From the NCBI GenBank assembly GCA_016186955.1, contig JACPKP010000003.1, forward strand, positions 258,290 to 322,289: a stretch of DNA of 64,000 bases. Direction: 5' to 3'. Made by a program: the position numbers and the translations under genes. Under the pieces are notes generated by a model that had not been told where the DNA came from, made no database searches, and worked only from the letters and a program-made list of their open reading frames with translations. The DNA is from Candidatus Daviesbacteria bacterium (lineage in GTDB: Bacteria; Patescibacteriota; Microgenomatia; Daviesbacterales; UBA10151). Positions 37,044 to 46,614 of the stretch are shown here, piece after piece (position 1 is the stretch's first letter; each line of letters starts with the position of its first letter).

Positions 37044-37763
37044 ATGGAGGGACAAGGTTTGACTTTAGGACTGGTAATTGCTGCTGCTGTTGTAGACAGT
37101 ATTAACCCCTGTATGTTTGGGGTGTTAATTTTTCTCGTAGCATTTATGACGAGGGTATACAAAAGCCCCAAGAAAATGCTATTTTTTGGGCTACTTTATT
37201 CGGCAGTTGTTTATGTTACATACTTACTTTTGGGGTTTGGTATTTTAAAAACCGCTATCAGTTCCGGTTTATCCTCCATCTTTTACTGGATAGGCGCTTT
37301 AATAGCAATTTTTGCCGGGCTTTTGGAAATTAAGGATTATTTTTGGTATGGGAAAGGGCCCTCACTGCAGATTATTCCCGGCGGAGGGGAGAGGATTAAA
37401 TACTACACAAACCAGATAGAAAAAATGGAAAAGCGCCATCCTGCGCTTTTAGTGCTGACAACGGCAGTTTTGGGGGTATTTGTTGTAATGGTGGAATTAC
37501 CCTGCACAGGGGCCCCATATCTTGCAATTTTAGCCATGCTTTCCAAAGGTCTTTTTGCGGCCGCAGTTCCGTTCCTGCTTCTTTACAATTTTATATTTGT
37601 CATCCCACTTTTTATAATAATTGGAATCTCATATTTTGGGACCTCTTCGGATAAGCTTGAAAGCTGGAGAAAAGAGCACCGAGGGATTATGAGGCTTGGT
37701 ATAGGCCTTTTCCTGCTGCTGCTTGGATTTTATATGATCTATTCTCTAAATCCAATATTTTAA
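37044..37763 (+). CDS. CcdA/DsbD transmembrane-domain protein
   Basis: DSINPC and ELPCT motifs; about 6 TM helices. Confidence 0.85.
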   Translation: MEGQGLTLGLVIAAAVVDSINPCMFGVLIFLVAFMTRVYKSPKKMLFFGLLYSAVVYVTYLLLGFGILKTAISSGLSSIFYWIGALIAIFAGLLEIKDYFWYGKGPSLQIIPGGGERIKYYTNQIEKMEKRHPALLVLTTAVLGVFVVMVELPCTGAPYLAILAMLSKGLFAAAVPFLLLYNFIFVIPLFIIIGISYFGTSSDKLESWRKEHRGIMRLGIGLFLLLLGFYMIYSLNPIF

Positions 37764-38273
37764 ATGAGTGAGTTTTTGGAAAAAATAATTGCCATACCTT
37801 TCTGGAGCAAATTTGCCGAAAGCCATGGTTTTTTGGCGATGCTGTCTCTGATCTTGTTTGGTGCATCACTGTCACTGTATTTTTTTTCCGATAAAATCAA
37901 ATCAGCGCTGATTTGGTTTAAAGTGGCAGTGACAGCTCTTTTTGTAGACATATTGTTGCTTGATATGTTCGGGTTAACTATTTATGTACCGTACAGGGCA
38001 GAGGGTGGGCCCAGAACATTGCTTAAAGCTTCCGCAGAAAATTCCTGGCTGCATAATATTGTTTTTGAACACAAAGAGTTTTTAGCATTTGCACCGTTGA
38101 TATTGACACTTATTGCCTGTTTAATAGTTTGGAAGCTTGGGGACTCTTTTTCTGATAAAGGTAAGGTTTATTGGCTTAGGAAAAGCGTATTATCTGCGCT
38201 ATTTTTATCACTTGTCTTTGTGCTGATAGTAGCAGGGGAGGCAGTACTGGTAACCAAAACAGCACCGCTTTAA
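37764..38273 (+). CDS. Four-TM membrane protein with His motifs
   Basis: SHGFLAML, PYRA, WLH...FEHKE; directly abuts the CcdA-like gene. Confidence 0.75.
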   Translation: MSEFLEKIIAIPFWSKFAESHGFLAMLSLILFGASLSLYFFSDKIKSALIWFKVAVTALFVDILLLDMFGLTIYVPYRAEGGPRTLLKASAENSWLHNIVFEHKEFLAFAPLILTLIACLIVWKLGDSFSDKGKVYWLRKSVLSALFLSLVFVLIVAGEAVLVTKTAPL

Positions 38274-38278
38274 AACTC

Positions 38279-38605
38279 ATGGATAAAAAAATAATTGAGT
38301 CAAATTCAATAATTTATTCCTCAGGTACTGCCCTGACTTTTTTTTGGATTTTAAATATTTTTAAGGAAAGTTTCAATGTGGTAAAAGATTTTTTAAATTT
38401 CTATCCACCTGTTGGTCCGCTGCTGGGCCTTTTTTTATCATCATCTTTATTATTTATACTTTGTTTTGTTATCATCCCCACTTTTAAACCCATCAACCAG
38501 AAATTCTCGTTTATATTTTTATGGGTTTCTGCAGTTGTCTTTTGTTTGATGGTTTTCCCGCCCATCTCAGAACTATTCATAAAATTAATCAAAGAAAGCG
38601 GATGA
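38279..38605 (+). CDS. Small membrane protein
   Basis: 3 TM helices, FYPPVGPLLG; operon spacing of 5 bp. Confidence 0.7.
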   Translation: MDKKIIESNSIIYSSGTALTFFWILNIFKESFNVVKDFLNFYPPVGPLLGLFLSSSLLFILCFVIIPTFKPINQKFSFIFLWVSAVVFCLMVFPPISELFIKLIKESG

Positions 38606-38612
38606 AAAACTC

Positions 38613-39071
38613 TTGAATAAATCTTTAATTCTGATTTTATTTGTGGTAGATTATATCTGGCTGAAAAGCAGCTTTGGGAAACTAACAGAGGGTAAATTTG
38701 TCGGCAGCTTGGCGCCTACCTTAACAAAATTTGCCAGTAATAACCCCTACCCCCCTGTTAAAGATTTCCTGCAAAATATTGCCATACCGAATAGCCAAAC
38801 TTTTGCCTACCTTACTATGTGGGGGGAAACGTTTGTAACGGTTGCATTACTTGTTTCCGCGTTGTTCCTATTTTTTAGTACTAAGGTAAACAAGTTAATG
38901 TTGTTGCTTTTGGTTCCAGCACTTTTCGTAGGTATGTTATTAAATCTGGTTTTTTGGCTTTCATCAGGTTGGGTTTCATCAGCAGCTGACGGTTTAAATA
39001 TGTTAATGTTTGTGGTAGAGGTTGTAGGCCTATTTTTAGCAGTAAGGATTTTGGTCAAGAAACCGAAATGA
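38613..39071 (+). CDS. DoxX/DoxD (TQO small subunit)-like membrane protein
   Basis: WLKSSFGK...FL....PN...F......GE pattern, 4 TM. Confidence 0.75.
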   Translation: MNKSLILILFVVDYIWLKSSFGKLTEGKFVGSLAPTLTKFASNNPYPPVKDFLQNIAIPNSQTFAYLTMWGETFVTVALLVSALFLFFSTKVNKLMLLLLVPALFVGMLLNLVFWLSSGWVSSAADGLNMLMFVVEVVGLFLAVRILVKKPK

Positions 39072-39184
39072 AAGCTTAGGTTTAATTTTGAGTGGTGGGA
39101 TAGTTATCAGCCTGTGGAACTTCATCAACCCCTCTGGATTTTAAGATTAAAGGAGTGTAATAATTACCTTGACTTAAAAGAAAA

Positions 39185-40138
39185 ATGGTATTTAGAAGAG
39201 GGGCAAAAAAACGTCTTGTGCGGCTTATATTTATTATTCTTGGTGTATTTTTGGTGTATTTTTTACTAAAACATTTTTTACCACAAAAACAGGAAAATCC
39301 ACCACAGTTAGTTGTCCCGGTTACCTCAAACAAGCAAAAATTAAACTTGCCGCTAGCAATTGGTAATCTCACCAATGACAAACTAAGACAAGAGATCGAG
39401 GAAGCATTAAAAGATACGAAAGGCACGTATGGGATTGTTGTTAAAAATTTGAAGACTGAAGAAAACTACCAACTAAATGAGCATAAAACTTTTCAAGTAG
39501 GAAGCCTTTACAAACTTTGGATTATGGCAACAGTCTTCAATAAAATCCAATCAGGGGTTTTAACGGGAGACGAGGAACTCAGTTCAAGTGTCGATGTTTT
39601 GAACGGAAAATTTAACATTGACCCGGATTTGGCAGAAATGACAGAAGGTACAATTACCCTGACTGTGGGCAGCGCATTAAAACAGATGATTACTATTTCC
39701 CACAACTATGCAGCGCTGCTTTTGACTGAAAAGATCCGGCTTTCCAATGTGGCGGCTTTTTTAAAAGAGCAAGATTTTAAAGAATCAAAGGTTGGGGTAA
39801 ATGGGGAAGCGCCAGTTTCTACACCTTTTGACATAGCTTCATTTTTTGAAAAATTATACAAAGGTAAGCTGGGAAATGCTGAAAGTACTGGAAAAATGCT
39901 TGAGCTTTTAAAACAACAAACGCTGAATAATAAACTTCCTAAGGGTTTGCCCCAGGGAATTGCAATAGCACATAAAACCGGTGAGTTAGGTTATTTTACC
40001 CACGATGCAGGCATAGTCTTTTCAGAAAAAGGGGATTATATAATAGTCATTTTATCCGAAAGTGATTATCCCCCCGGGGCAGAGGAGAGGATTGGGATGG
40101 TATCAAAAGCAGTGTATGAATACTTCCAAAAAAATTAA
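39185..40138 (+). CDS. Membrane-anchored serine hydrolase of class A beta-lactamase fold
   Basis: SLYK (SxxK), MITISHN (SxN), HKTG, HDAGIV. Confidence 0.88.
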   Translation: MVFRRGAKKRLVRLIFIILGVFLVYFLLKHFLPQKQENPPQLVVPVTSNKQKLNLPLAIGNLTNDKLRQEIEEALKDTKGTYGIVVKNLKTEENYQLNEHKTFQVGSLYKLWIMATVFNKIQSGVLTGDEELSSSVDVLNGKFNIDPDLAEMTEGTITLTVGSALKQMITISHNYAALLLTEKIRLSNVAAFLKEQDFKESKVGVNGEAPVSTPFDIASFFEKLYKGKLGNAESTGKMLELLKQQTLNNKLPKGLPQGIAIAHKTGELGYFTHDAGIVFSEKGDYIIVILSESDYPPGAEERIGMVSKAVYEYFQKN

Positions 40139-40186
40139 TTCCAACCGTACTTGTAATCCGTAAATATTAGTGGAATACTTTAAGTA

Positions 40187-41197
40187 ATGCTCAAAAACCA
40201 AAAAGGCCGTGCCTGCCCTGTCCGTCCGGCAGGCTGGCGGCAGGTAGGATTTGCTCCAATAATTTTGATAGTAGCTTTAGTAGTTTTAGTAGGAACTGGA
40301 GTATTTGTGTGGAGATCACAAAAGAATTCGACAACCCCATCTTCAACCCCGTCACCAACATTACCTACTAATATACCAGCAGAAGCCAAAACTTTGGTTC
40401 AACTAGCAATTAATGAAGCGGCCAAACAAGCTTTAGTAGATCCTAGCAAAGTGCAAATAATCAGTGTTGAAAAAATGGAGTGGTCAGATGGTAGTCTCGG
40501 TTGTCCTAAGCCTGGAATGGCGTATACCCAAGCCATAGTTTCTGGTTATTTGATTACCCTTGAGGTCACTGGCAGGCGTTTAGAGTATCACACAGACAAT
40601 GGCCAATTATTGGAACTTTGTAGTCAAAGCCAAACTTCAGATATTTCTAGTTGGAAAACATTTACTACCCCAGGAATAAATTCTGGCCTTATGCTTAAAT
40701 ACCCCCAAAATTGGTATTTTAAAGACTATGAACCGGCAACTCAAAAGGCTCACGCTCTTTACCAAAATGAACCATTTGATAGTCAAGATAATATTTCAAC
40801 CAAGGATGGCCTAATATTTGGAGAAATAAAAGTTATGACCACAGAAGCAATAAGAGGTTTAGAGTGGGCCAAGATCAAAGAACCAGAATTCTACAATCCT
40901 AATAGTGATTTTTGGTTAAAAGGAAGTGGTATAGGTGGCGGTCCTGGTTTCACTCAAGATATACCCACAGAAATCAAATTAGGCAGCAGACGAGCCATCC
41001 TACAAAGAACCTATCCTGATAAATCCTACGAATTTGTCTATCCTGACCAAATTACAAATAATTACTATGCTTATTTAGGAAATAGTTCAAATGAAGTTTT
41101 AATGATTTCTTTGACTTACGATCAGAAAAATCCAAAAGCAAAAAATGATTTAGATACTTTTGACCAAATCCTCTCCACCTTTAAATTCACAAATTGA
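40187..41197 (+). CDS. Exported protein with pilin-like leader interrupted by a palindrome
   Basis: NQKG[insert]FAPIIL; WSDGSLGCPKPGMAYTQA motif; C-terminal FDQILSTFKF. Confidence 0.8.
   Translation: MLKNQKGRACPVRPAGWRQVGFAPIILIVALVVLVGTGVFVWRSQKNSTTPSSTPSPTLPTNIPAEAKTLVQLAINEAAKQALVDPSKVQIISVEKMEWSDGSLGCPKPGMAYTQAIVSGYLITLEVTGRRLEYHTDNGQLLELCSQSQTSDISSWKTFTTPGINSGLMLKYPQNWYFKDYEPATQKAHALYQNEPFDSQDNISTKDGLIFGEIKVMTTEAIRGLEWAKIKEPEFYNPNSDFWLKGSGIGGGPGFTQDIPTEIKLGSRRAILQRTYPDKSYEFVYPDQITNNYYAYLGNSSNEVLMISLTYDQKNPKAKNDLDTFDQILSTFKFTN
40207..40248. repeat. Diverged nested CCTGCC/GGCAGG palindrome, in frame
   Basis: CCGTGCCTGCCCTGTCCGTCCGGCAGGCTGGCGGCAGGTAGG aligns with 22370-22410. Confidence 0.8.
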
Positions 41198-41256
41198 AAA
41201 CTATGATTAAAAAACCTCTAATTCTCATTATAATTATCTTTTTTAGTACTATTTTA

Positions 41257-41370
41257 CTGTCATTTCAGAAAACCCCAGCTTTTTAAAGCTGGGGATGAAT
41301 GAAATTATGGATTCCCGCCTTCGCGGGAATGACAGGAAGATGCACCGCTTTTTAAAGCGGTGTAGATTCA
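41257..41370. mobile_element. Composite palindromic element (paired IS200/IS605-like end hairpins plus an ATTCCC-N8-GGGAAT repeat)
   Basis: CCCCAGCTTT/AAAGCTGGGG-ATGAAT, ATTCCCGCCTTCGCGGGAAT, CACCGCTTT/AAAGCGGTG-TAGATTCA. Confidence 0.65.
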
Positions 41371-41741
41371 CTTTTGTATTTAGGGTTAAGACTAAGTTGT
41401 AATGCAGTTTTAATATTAAGAACCCATAAGGAGGGATACAAGATTAACTTAATTAACCAGTACCAATATAATGACCCTTATGAACCCATAAATTGTGGTT
41501 CAATACTTATGATTGCCACTGAGTAAACGTATCGGATTGAATGCTCCATTAATGGTATTTGAGTCTATGGCTTTACACACAAAGCATCATTAAATGCTAC
41601 AAGCATTGATGATAACAATGGAGGCAGAACTGAGCTTAACCAAGACGGGGAAGTTATTTAAGAAGTAAGCCCTTGAACTCCTTAAATTAAAATCCAATTG
41701 TTGACTGACTTGATAATAAAAGTGGTACTATTAAATTGGTT

Positions 41742-42059
41742 ATGGATAAGACAAAATCAACACACAAACCACTACTTACCTGGGTTTTGCTTTGGGTACT
41801 AGGAACCTTTTTAATCGGCACGAGGAATGACTTAAAATTACAAGGGTATCTTTCATCTCTTCAAGACACCATAATTGCAGATATATATTTTAATATATTA
41901 ACTATTCCAATTGTGTTGACTGTTTGGTTTGTAATTAAATTTGTCCTTAGGAAAATGGGTAAATCGCAGGTTCTTAATGGAAATAACGGAGTGAGAAATG
42001 CATTTATATTTTGGGTTGTTTTGTTCTCATTACTGTTTGGATGGGGTTTTATCGGCTAA
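41742..42059 (+). CDS. Small membrane protein
   Basis: 3 hydrophobic segments; promoter-like sequence upstream. Confidence 0.65.
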   Translation: MDKTKSTHKPLLTWVLLWVLGTFLIGTRNDLKLQGYLSSLQDTIIADIYFNILTIPIVLTVWFVIKFVLRKMGKSQVLNGNNGVRNAFIFWVVLFSLLFGWGFIG

Positions 42060-42069
42060 GATAATATTT

Positions 42070-42606
42070 ATGGGAGAAAAGAAATTAGTAATCATTATAG
42101 TGGGTGCTTTAATTATTGGAGCTATATTATTAGTGACTCTTGTATTTCATAAAGAGTACACAGATTATGCACATTTCCAAATTACTGGTGCAGCAATGGC
42201 CCCGAACTTTGTTGAAGGTCAATCTTACCGTGTCGATACAAATATATATAAAACAGGCTCTCCTCAAAGAGGTGATGTTGTGGCTTTTAAGGATGTAAAG
42301 GATCCATCTAAAACATTTGCAAAAAGAATAGTAGGGTTGCCTGGAGAAAAAATAATGCTAAAGCAAGGTAAAATCTATATTAATGGTAAAGTCTTAGAAG
42401 AATCCTACCTTCAAGCAGGAACTATTTCAAATCCTGGAGAATTTCTACCAGCCGATAAAGAAGTAACAATTCCTCAGGAAAATTATTTCATAATGGGAGA
42501 TAACAGGGACTACAGCTCAGATTCTCGTATTTGGGGGTTTTTACCAAGAGAAAACATAGTTGGAAAGCTAACCGACTGCTATCAAAATTGTTCTCCTTCA
42601 AAATAA
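42070..42606 (+). CDS. Signal peptidase I (S26) homolog with Ala at the catalytic Ser position
   Basis: ITGAAMAPNF, RGDVV, FAKRIVGLPGE, GDNRDYSSDSRIWG. Confidence 0.88.
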   Translation: MGEKKLVIIIVGALIIGAILLVTLVFHKEYTDYAHFQITGAAMAPNFVEGQSYRVDTNIYKTGSPQRGDVVAFKDVKDPSKTFAKRIVGLPGEKIMLKQGKIYINGKVLEESYLQAGTISNPGEFLPADKEVTIPQENYFIMGDNRDYSSDSRIWGFLPRENIVGKLTDCYQNCSPSK

Positions 42607-42720
42607 ACCCTAAACTAGCTTTCAATTTGAACTAGCTTGACACCTTTTCTTTTAAACTCACCTTCTCCAAGTAATTTAGCTTAATAGAAAATTAACATTT
42701 GAAGTGATAGAGTTAATTTA

Positions 42721-43998
42721 ATGGTTCGACTACACTTACCACAAGTGACCAGTCAAAAAGGGTCCATAGCTGTTTTGATGATTATCTTACTTATTGCAGG
42801 GATAGCAGTGGGGACACTATTGGTAGAGCAAAGAACAAATTTTTTACCCCATGCCAAAGAACCAAAACCCAACCCTTCAGCAGCCACCAGGATTTGGAAG
42901 CCTGATTTTTTCCCGGTTGGGGTTTGGCTGCTTCTAAATGATATCAATAGCAATAATTTTCCCGGAATTGCCCAGGAATTTAAAGATAATGGTATAGATT
43001 TAATCCACTTAGTCTGGTTTAATAAAAATGAATTACCACTTTTAGATATTGCAGATAAAGTTGGGATAAATGTAGAAATAGACGAGCTTTACCTGGATGG
43101 TTCCTGGTGGAAAATTAAAGACCCCTCATTAATTACTTTAGAGAGAGCTAGAAGCTTAATTTATCCCGTAGTGGATCTTTATAAAACCCATCCTTCTGTT
43201 AAATCTTATTTTGTGGTGGATGAACCTGAAATTCAGTCTAATTATCTGCCCCAGTTAACCAAAAAAATAACTTTTGCCACTCAAGCTTTCCAGGAAAGAG
43301 ACCCTGCCCGTCCCGCCTATGTTAACAACCTTTCTCCATACTCTGTCAGGGAATATTCTACCAATACCGCCTCAGATATTTTATCAGCTGATATTTATAG
43401 CTATGATTATACTAAACAATCATGTACAGGCAGGGATAATTCCAGAGCCTCTTTCATAAATTCTATCAAAGCTTTTAATAATGCCCGGCCACAAACAAAA
43501 CCATTTTGGGTAATTTTGCAGGCCTTTTCTAATCCTACCTCCAGAATGCCTACTAAAAGTGAACTTAGGACTCAGCAGTGGATCTCAATAGGTGAGGGGG
43601 TTAAAGGCATTATCTGGTTTATCTATAATGGGGATTCTAATTTAACAGGTTTTAGTAATAATCCTGAAATAAAGCAAGAAATTTATAAACTGGCCAAAAG
43701 AATTGCTCCATTTAAACAGCTTTTATTAAGCTTAGAAAAGACCTCAAGCTTAAGTGACACCTCCTTAAGGTTTGATAAAGAACCAGGTTATTTAGGATAC
43801 TTAAAAGATAAGATTACAGGTAAACAATATGTAGTGCTGCTAAATCCAGATTGTAGAAGTAACAGCTTGCTCAAGGTTACAATTAGGGTCAGAAGATCAA
43901 CCCCCACTTTAAAAGATCTGGAAACAGGCCAAATTTATTCCTCAGGTGATCTTATCCCTTTTGAAGCCGGAGATGGCAGGATATTTGAGATTAATTAA
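42721..43998 (+). CDS. Exported TIM-barrel glycoside hydrolase-like protein
   Basis: QKG + TM leader, FFPVGVW, VDEP, DIY, KPFWVILQAF, GVKGIIWF. Confidence 0.7.
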   Translation: MVRLHLPQVTSQKGSIAVLMIILLIAGIAVGTLLVEQRTNFLPHAKEPKPNPSAATRIWKPDFFPVGVWLLLNDINSNNFPGIAQEFKDNGIDLIHLVWFNKNELPLLDIADKVGINVEIDELYLDGSWWKIKDPSLITLERARSLIYPVVDLYKTHPSVKSYFVVDEPEIQSNYLPQLTKKITFATQAFQERDPARPAYVNNLSPYSVREYSTNTASDILSADIYSYDYTKQSCTGRDNSRASFINSIKAFNNARPQTKPFWVILQAFSNPTSRMPTKSELRTQQWISIGEGVKGIIWFIYNGDSNLTGFSNNPEIKQEIYKLAKRIAPFKQLLLSLEKTSSLSDTSLRFDKEPGYLGYLKDKITGKQYVVLLNPDCRSNSLLKVTIRVRRSTPTLKDLETGQIYSSGDLIPFEAGDGRIFEIN

Positions 43999-44043
43999 TT
44001 TTTTTTGTATGCTGGTAGTTGAAGGATATTTTTAAAATCTGCC

Positions 44044-45279
44044 GTGAAGACAAAAGTTTTAATGTTTGGCTGGGAGTTTCCGCCATATAACAGCGGGGGG
44101 TTGGGGACTGCCTGTTTTGGCCTGACTAAAGCCTTATCTTCAAAAAACATTGACATAGTCTTTGTTTTACCAAAACCCGTCAATATAAAATCCGACAAGA
44201 TCAAGATAAAATTCGCAGAGGATCAAGCCGGCATGACAATCAACCCCCAAGATTACCTTCTTGCCCCTTATAAAAGCCCGGATCAATATCAAAATGATAA
44301 GTTGCCCGGAAGAGAAAGTGTTTATGGAAATAGCCTGTTTGATGAAATTGGGCGGTACGGTAAAAATGCCCGGTTTATTGCAAAAGAGTATGAGTTTGAC
44401 ATTATTCACGCCCATGATTGGATGTCTTTTCCGGCCGGTATAGAAGCTAAAAAAGTTTCAGGAAAACCCCTGATAGTACATGTCCATTCAACGGAGATTG
44501 ACAGGACAGGTGGAAATAATATCAATTCGGAAATTTTCCGGATTGAAAAGACGGGGATGGAGACGGCTGATGCAGTGATTGCAGTCTCAAACCTGACCAA
44601 AAAAATAATCGTTGATAATTACCATATTAATCCTGGAAAAATTCATGTAGTGCATAATGGTATTGACGTTTATGATTATCCGTCCATTGATGCAGATAGT
44701 GCAGCGGTCATCAAACTTAAAGAGATGGGGAATAAAATTGTCCTGTTTGTCGGCAGGATTACTGTCCAGAAAGGCCCTGATTATTTCCTGAAGGCGGCAA
44801 AAAAAGTTTTGCAGTACAACAGGGATGTATTTTTTGTGATTGCCGGTTCAGGTGATATGGAACATCAGATTATCACCGAGGCTGCAGAGTTGGGCATCTC
44901 AGACCGGGTCCTGTTTGCCGGTTTTCTGCGCGGGGAAGAGTTAAATAAGGTTTACCGGATGGCAGACCTTTTTGTCATGCCTTCGGTTTCAGAGCCGTTT
45001 GGGATTACAGCTTTGGAGTCTGTAGTCAACGGTACGCCGGTTTTAGTCTCAAAACAATCCGGTGTCAAAGAGGTCTTAACCCATGTTTTGACAGCTGATT
45101 TTTGGGATACCGATGAAATGGCAAACAAAATTTTAGCAGTATTAAACTATAAATCATTGGAATTAACTTTAAAGGAAAATAGTATTGAGCAGGTCAAAAA
45201 CTTAAGCTGGCAGGAGACTGCCAGAAAATGCATTGATATCTACCGCCAAATTCTGGACAGCTATTTCTTGAGAGTATGA
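44044..45279 (+). CDS. GT4 glycosyltransferase (glycogen-synthase-like)
   Basis: WEFPP..SGGLG, HAHDW, VGR...QKG, PSVSEPFGITALE. Confidence 0.93.
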   Translation: MKTKVLMFGWEFPPYNSGGLGTACFGLTKALSSKNIDIVFVLPKPVNIKSDKIKIKFAEDQAGMTINPQDYLLAPYKSPDQYQNDKLPGRESVYGNSLFDEIGRYGKNARFIAKEYEFDIIHAHDWMSFPAGIEAKKVSGKPLIVHVHSTEIDRTGGNNINSEIFRIEKTGMETADAVIAVSNLTKKIIVDNYHINPGKIHVVHNGIDVYDYPSIDADSAAVIKLKEMGNKIVLFVGRITVQKGPDYFLKAAKKVLQYNRDVFFVIAGSGDMEHQIITEAAELGISDRVLFAGFLRGEELNKVYRMADLFVMPSVSEPFGITALESVVNGTPVLVSKQSGVKEVLTHVLTADFWDTDEMANKILAVLNYKSLELTLKENSIEQVKNLSWQETARKCIDIYRQILDSYFLRV

Positions 45280-45363
45280 GCATCCTGCTACTTGTTAGAA
45301 AAACTTAAAGACTCTACAATGGTTTTAGGCCCGGGGAAAGGGTTTAAAAAGAGTACTTAAAAT

Positions 45364-46614
45364 ATGCCCAAAGTTTGTTGTTACTTTCAAGTTCATCAAC
45401 CCTTAAGGATAAAAAAATACAGAATATTTAATATCGGGGTTGATGGGGACTACTTTGATGATAGTTCCGAATCTGATTTAAACAACAGGAGGGTATTTGA
45501 AAAAGTTGCCGGGAAATGCTATTTTCCGGCCAATGCCATAATCCTGGAACTTTTAAAGCAGTATCCGCAATTTAAGGCCAGCTTCTCACTCTCAGGAGTA
45601 TTTTTAGGGCAAGCGGAAAAATTCTCACCGCAACTTATTGAGTCATTTAAGGCTTTGGTTGATACCGGTCGGGTTGAGCTCTTGAGTGAAACTTCGCATC
45701 ATTCTCTAAGTTTTATCTATTCTCCGGCAGAATTCCGCCGTCAAATCCAGCTCCACCGCCGGAAAATAAAAGAGCTTTTTGGGGTTGAACCTAAAGTTTT
45801 CCGCAATACTGAGCTTATTTTCAATAACAATCTGGCAAATGAAGTTGAAGGGTTGGGTTTTGGGGGAATTTTGGCAGAAGGTGCAGACCATATTTTGGGA
45901 TGGAGGAGCCCCAACTTTGTCTATAAAACTAAAGGCGCTAAAAATATCAAAACACTTTTAAAAAATTACAGGTTATCGGATGATATTGCTTTCAGGTTTT
46001 CCTCTAAAGATTGGTCAGAGTATCCACTGACAGCCCCCAAATTTGCAAACTGGATTTCCGCAATAAACGGGAATGGGCAAATAGTCAACCTTTTTTTAGA
46101 CTATGAAACCTTTGGAGAACACCAATGGGAAGACACCGGGATATTTGAATTTTTAAAAAGTTTACCCGGTGAGATTTTAAAAAATCCCGGTAACAGTTTT
46201 ATAACACCATCAGAGGCGGTATCGGAGCTTGAACCCGTTGGAGAGATTGATGTGCCGCAATTTACTTCCTGGGCGGATACAGAAAGGGATTTATCCGCCT
46301 GGGTTTCCAACCCGATCCAAAAGGATGCGTTATCAAAATTATATGCCCTTGAGAACCTATTGACGGAACTGGATAACCCGGAACTTTTGGAGGATTGGAG
46401 GAAGCTTACCACCTCTGACCACTTCTACTATATGTGTACAAAATGGTTTTCGGATGGGGATGTGCACAAATACTTTAACCCTTATGAGACTCCATATGAA
46501 GCGTTTATATCTTTTATGAATGTTTTAACAGACTTGGAACTGCGTGCTAAAAATCAGAAAAAAGCCCGGCAGGCGCATGTTGAAAAAATCAGGCAGGAGC
46601 TAAAATATGCCTAA
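45364..46614 (+). CDS. GH57 alpha-amylase family protein
   Basis: HQP, FRNTEL, DYETFGEH, SW, SDHFYY. Confidence 0.95.
   Translation: MPKVCCYFQVHQPLRIKKYRIFNIGVDGDYFDDSSESDLNNRRVFEKVAGKCYFPANAIILELLKQYPQFKASFSLSGVFLGQAEKFSPQLIESFKALVDTGRVELLSETSHHSLSFIYSPAEFRRQIQLHRRKIKELFGVEPKVFRNTELIFNNNLANEVEGLGFGGILAEGADHILGWRSPNFVYKTKGAKNIKTLLKNYRLSDDIAFRFSSKDWSEYPLTAPKFANWISAINGNGQIVNLFLDYETFGEHQWEDTGIFEFLKSLPGEILKNPGNSFITPSEAVSELEPVGEIDVPQFTSWADTERDLSAWVSNPIQKDALSKLYALENLLTELDNPELLEDWRKLTTSDHFYYMCTKWFSDGDVHKYFNPYETPYEAFISFMNVLTDLELRAKNQKKARQAHVEKIRQELKYA

Noticed and set aside
39185-40138. Bona fide antibiotic-resistance beta-lactamase
   Set aside because: It is membrane-anchored, has SHN rather than SDN and no evident omega-loop E166 motif; a PBP-like hydrolase is more likely.
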